Shown here one piece after another: positions 62,372 to 64,000 of a DNA stretch of 64,000 bases (the first letter of the stretch is position 1; the number at the start of each line of letters is the position of its first letter). Source of the DNA: Lingula anatina. Taxonomy: Eukaryota; Animalia; Brachiopoda. The stretch lies in the NCBI GenBank assembly GCA_051362555.1, contig CM120643.1, positions 6,510,001-6,574,000 of the forward strand. The letters run 5' to 3'. The position numbers were made by a program, and so were the translations under genes. The notes below the pieces were generated by a model. That model saw nothing but the letters and a program-made list of their open reading frames with translations. It had not been told where the DNA came from and did not search any database.

Positions 62372-64000
62372 TCTATCGTAAGGTTTAGTTGGTCAAACAT
62401 AGCAAAAACTGCTCAGATATTCAAATCAGTGTACCTTATTGAGTCATGTCAAGAAAGCCAGTGACCTACATAATGTCGTTTCAATTTGGGGTTGATAAGG
62501 ATCTGAAGTTAATTTTCGTCTGGCATTTTTTTAAATATACTGAACACAATTAAAAGTCGTCCAATGTATTTTTAATGTTGTAAAGTACAAATGAAGTTTC
62601 ATCCATAAAATATTGGTGACAGTTGTAAAGGAAAGGCGGTCACTTCAGCCTGTCACCTCCCCCTACCATGAATGTAATAGGATGGACAGCCTGGAAGGAG
62701 ACGTCACTGTCTCAGTGCTGAGTGATCAGGAAGTGGAGCGAAGGCGGCTTAGATATTAAGTATACGAATATCGTAATTTCAGCCATATCAATATAACGTT
62801 TGAAGAAATCATTTTTAGGTATTTGGTAATAAGTTAATTGTGATTTATCTTTGAAAAGTATTTTGACGCCCGTTTACTTAAAAGTGGTTTTGAACATTTC
62901 CCAACATTTTCCCCACATACAATTTATTTCCTCTTTCACTTCATCTCTTCACACCTCATAAAACAAAGGTAGATGCAGTTGCACTTCATGTTCAGTATTT
63001 TGAACTTCGTCGGTAGAAATAGTAGTGGCAGTGGAAGTTTACCGTGAGAAATGGCCAAGGAGGGGAAAATGCTGTGAAATGTCTTGTGAAGGTCTGGCAA
63101 TTGACATGTTGATATTTACATGTAGTGAGCGGTTTGTAGTGGAATTATAGAATATGATATAGGTATAGTAACAAACGTCCATTTCCGAAGTAAAGAACAT
63201 AATTCAAGTATTAAGGAGTTATAGCAGTATACAGTAATACTTCCATTTCGAATATTGGCAAGATTTCATAAATTAATATATAAGATTTCATTTCATTAAA
63301 ATGTGTGAGCTAAATTGAAGTTCTATTGATTTCTGCGTGACATATTATAAGATCAACCTTTCAAGACATAAGGGGCGAAATGCTCGAAATGCTGTTTGGA
63401 ACGGATTTGAAAAGGCTTTGTCCAAAGGTGTCTTTTACGTGTTTTTTTAGTATAACATCACGAATTTGAGGTCTTTTACGAATTAAATGTAACATATTCA
63501 AAACGTAATGGTATATCAGAAAGCATGGTCATCGGTTAAAAACTTGCTTTATTGTATTGAAATACGTTGTATACTATCGTAGTGTCAAGTTTGTCACAAG
63601 TGACATTTGTGAACTGGTACTATACGTGGTATTCTTCAGCAAGACAGCAGGGGATGACTTTCTAGTTTAGATGCGAATTAAGTACGCAGTAATATACAAA
63701 TTTTATGTCGGTTTAAAGCCAAATATTTTTTCTGTAATATTCATCTATTTCACCTAAATCACCAAGGAACACATTATCGAATCCATTAATAAATTCTACA
63801 AGTCCGGTGTCGAATTCTTAATTTCTTTTTTTACCGGCCGCGGCGTGAGTAAACTTCAGTCTCATTCTCCAAATGTACTGAAATAAAAAATAAAACGACT
63901 TACGCTCATTGTGTGTCTTTCTTTCAATGTTCAGAAGGGAAAAAAGGATTATCGTCTCTTAAAATTTGAGTATTTGCTGTCTTGTTGAGTAAGAGATGCC

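Overview
AT-rich, intron-containing eukaryotic DNA, most likely from a bilaterian invertebrate. The taxon cannot be fixed from the sequence. Spliced gene models were built by hand from GT-AG sites and phase. (1) A 4-exon, intact PIF/Harbinger (HARBI1-like) DDE transposase at 3337-5966 (-). (2) A 10-exon, ~555-aa polycystin-1-like gene at 11213-15827 (-) reduced to signal peptide + short stalk + TM1 + PLAT + TM2-5, with no large ectodomain and no channel module. This is the most unusual item in the window. (3) A 2-exon FASTKD-like RAP-domain protein at 54033-56845 (-). (4) A degenerate C2H2 zinc-finger ORF at 46529-47350 (+), plus several small or decayed spliced units. Mobile DNA dominates the rest. 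It includes a very young full-length Mag-type Gypsy element (identical 102-bp LTRs, TTAAG TSD), a young 5'-truncated L1/Tx1 copy with poly(A) and a 12-bp TSD, and Rex/Babar and L2-group LINE relics. There are also Helentron-type non-autonomous elements carrying a 146-bp DR1-containing satellite, and MITEs resembling Harbinger, IS3EU, Kolobok, Tc1/mariner and piggyBac. No rRNA, tRNA or CRISPR array was found. All family assignments rest on motif recognition, not database searches.
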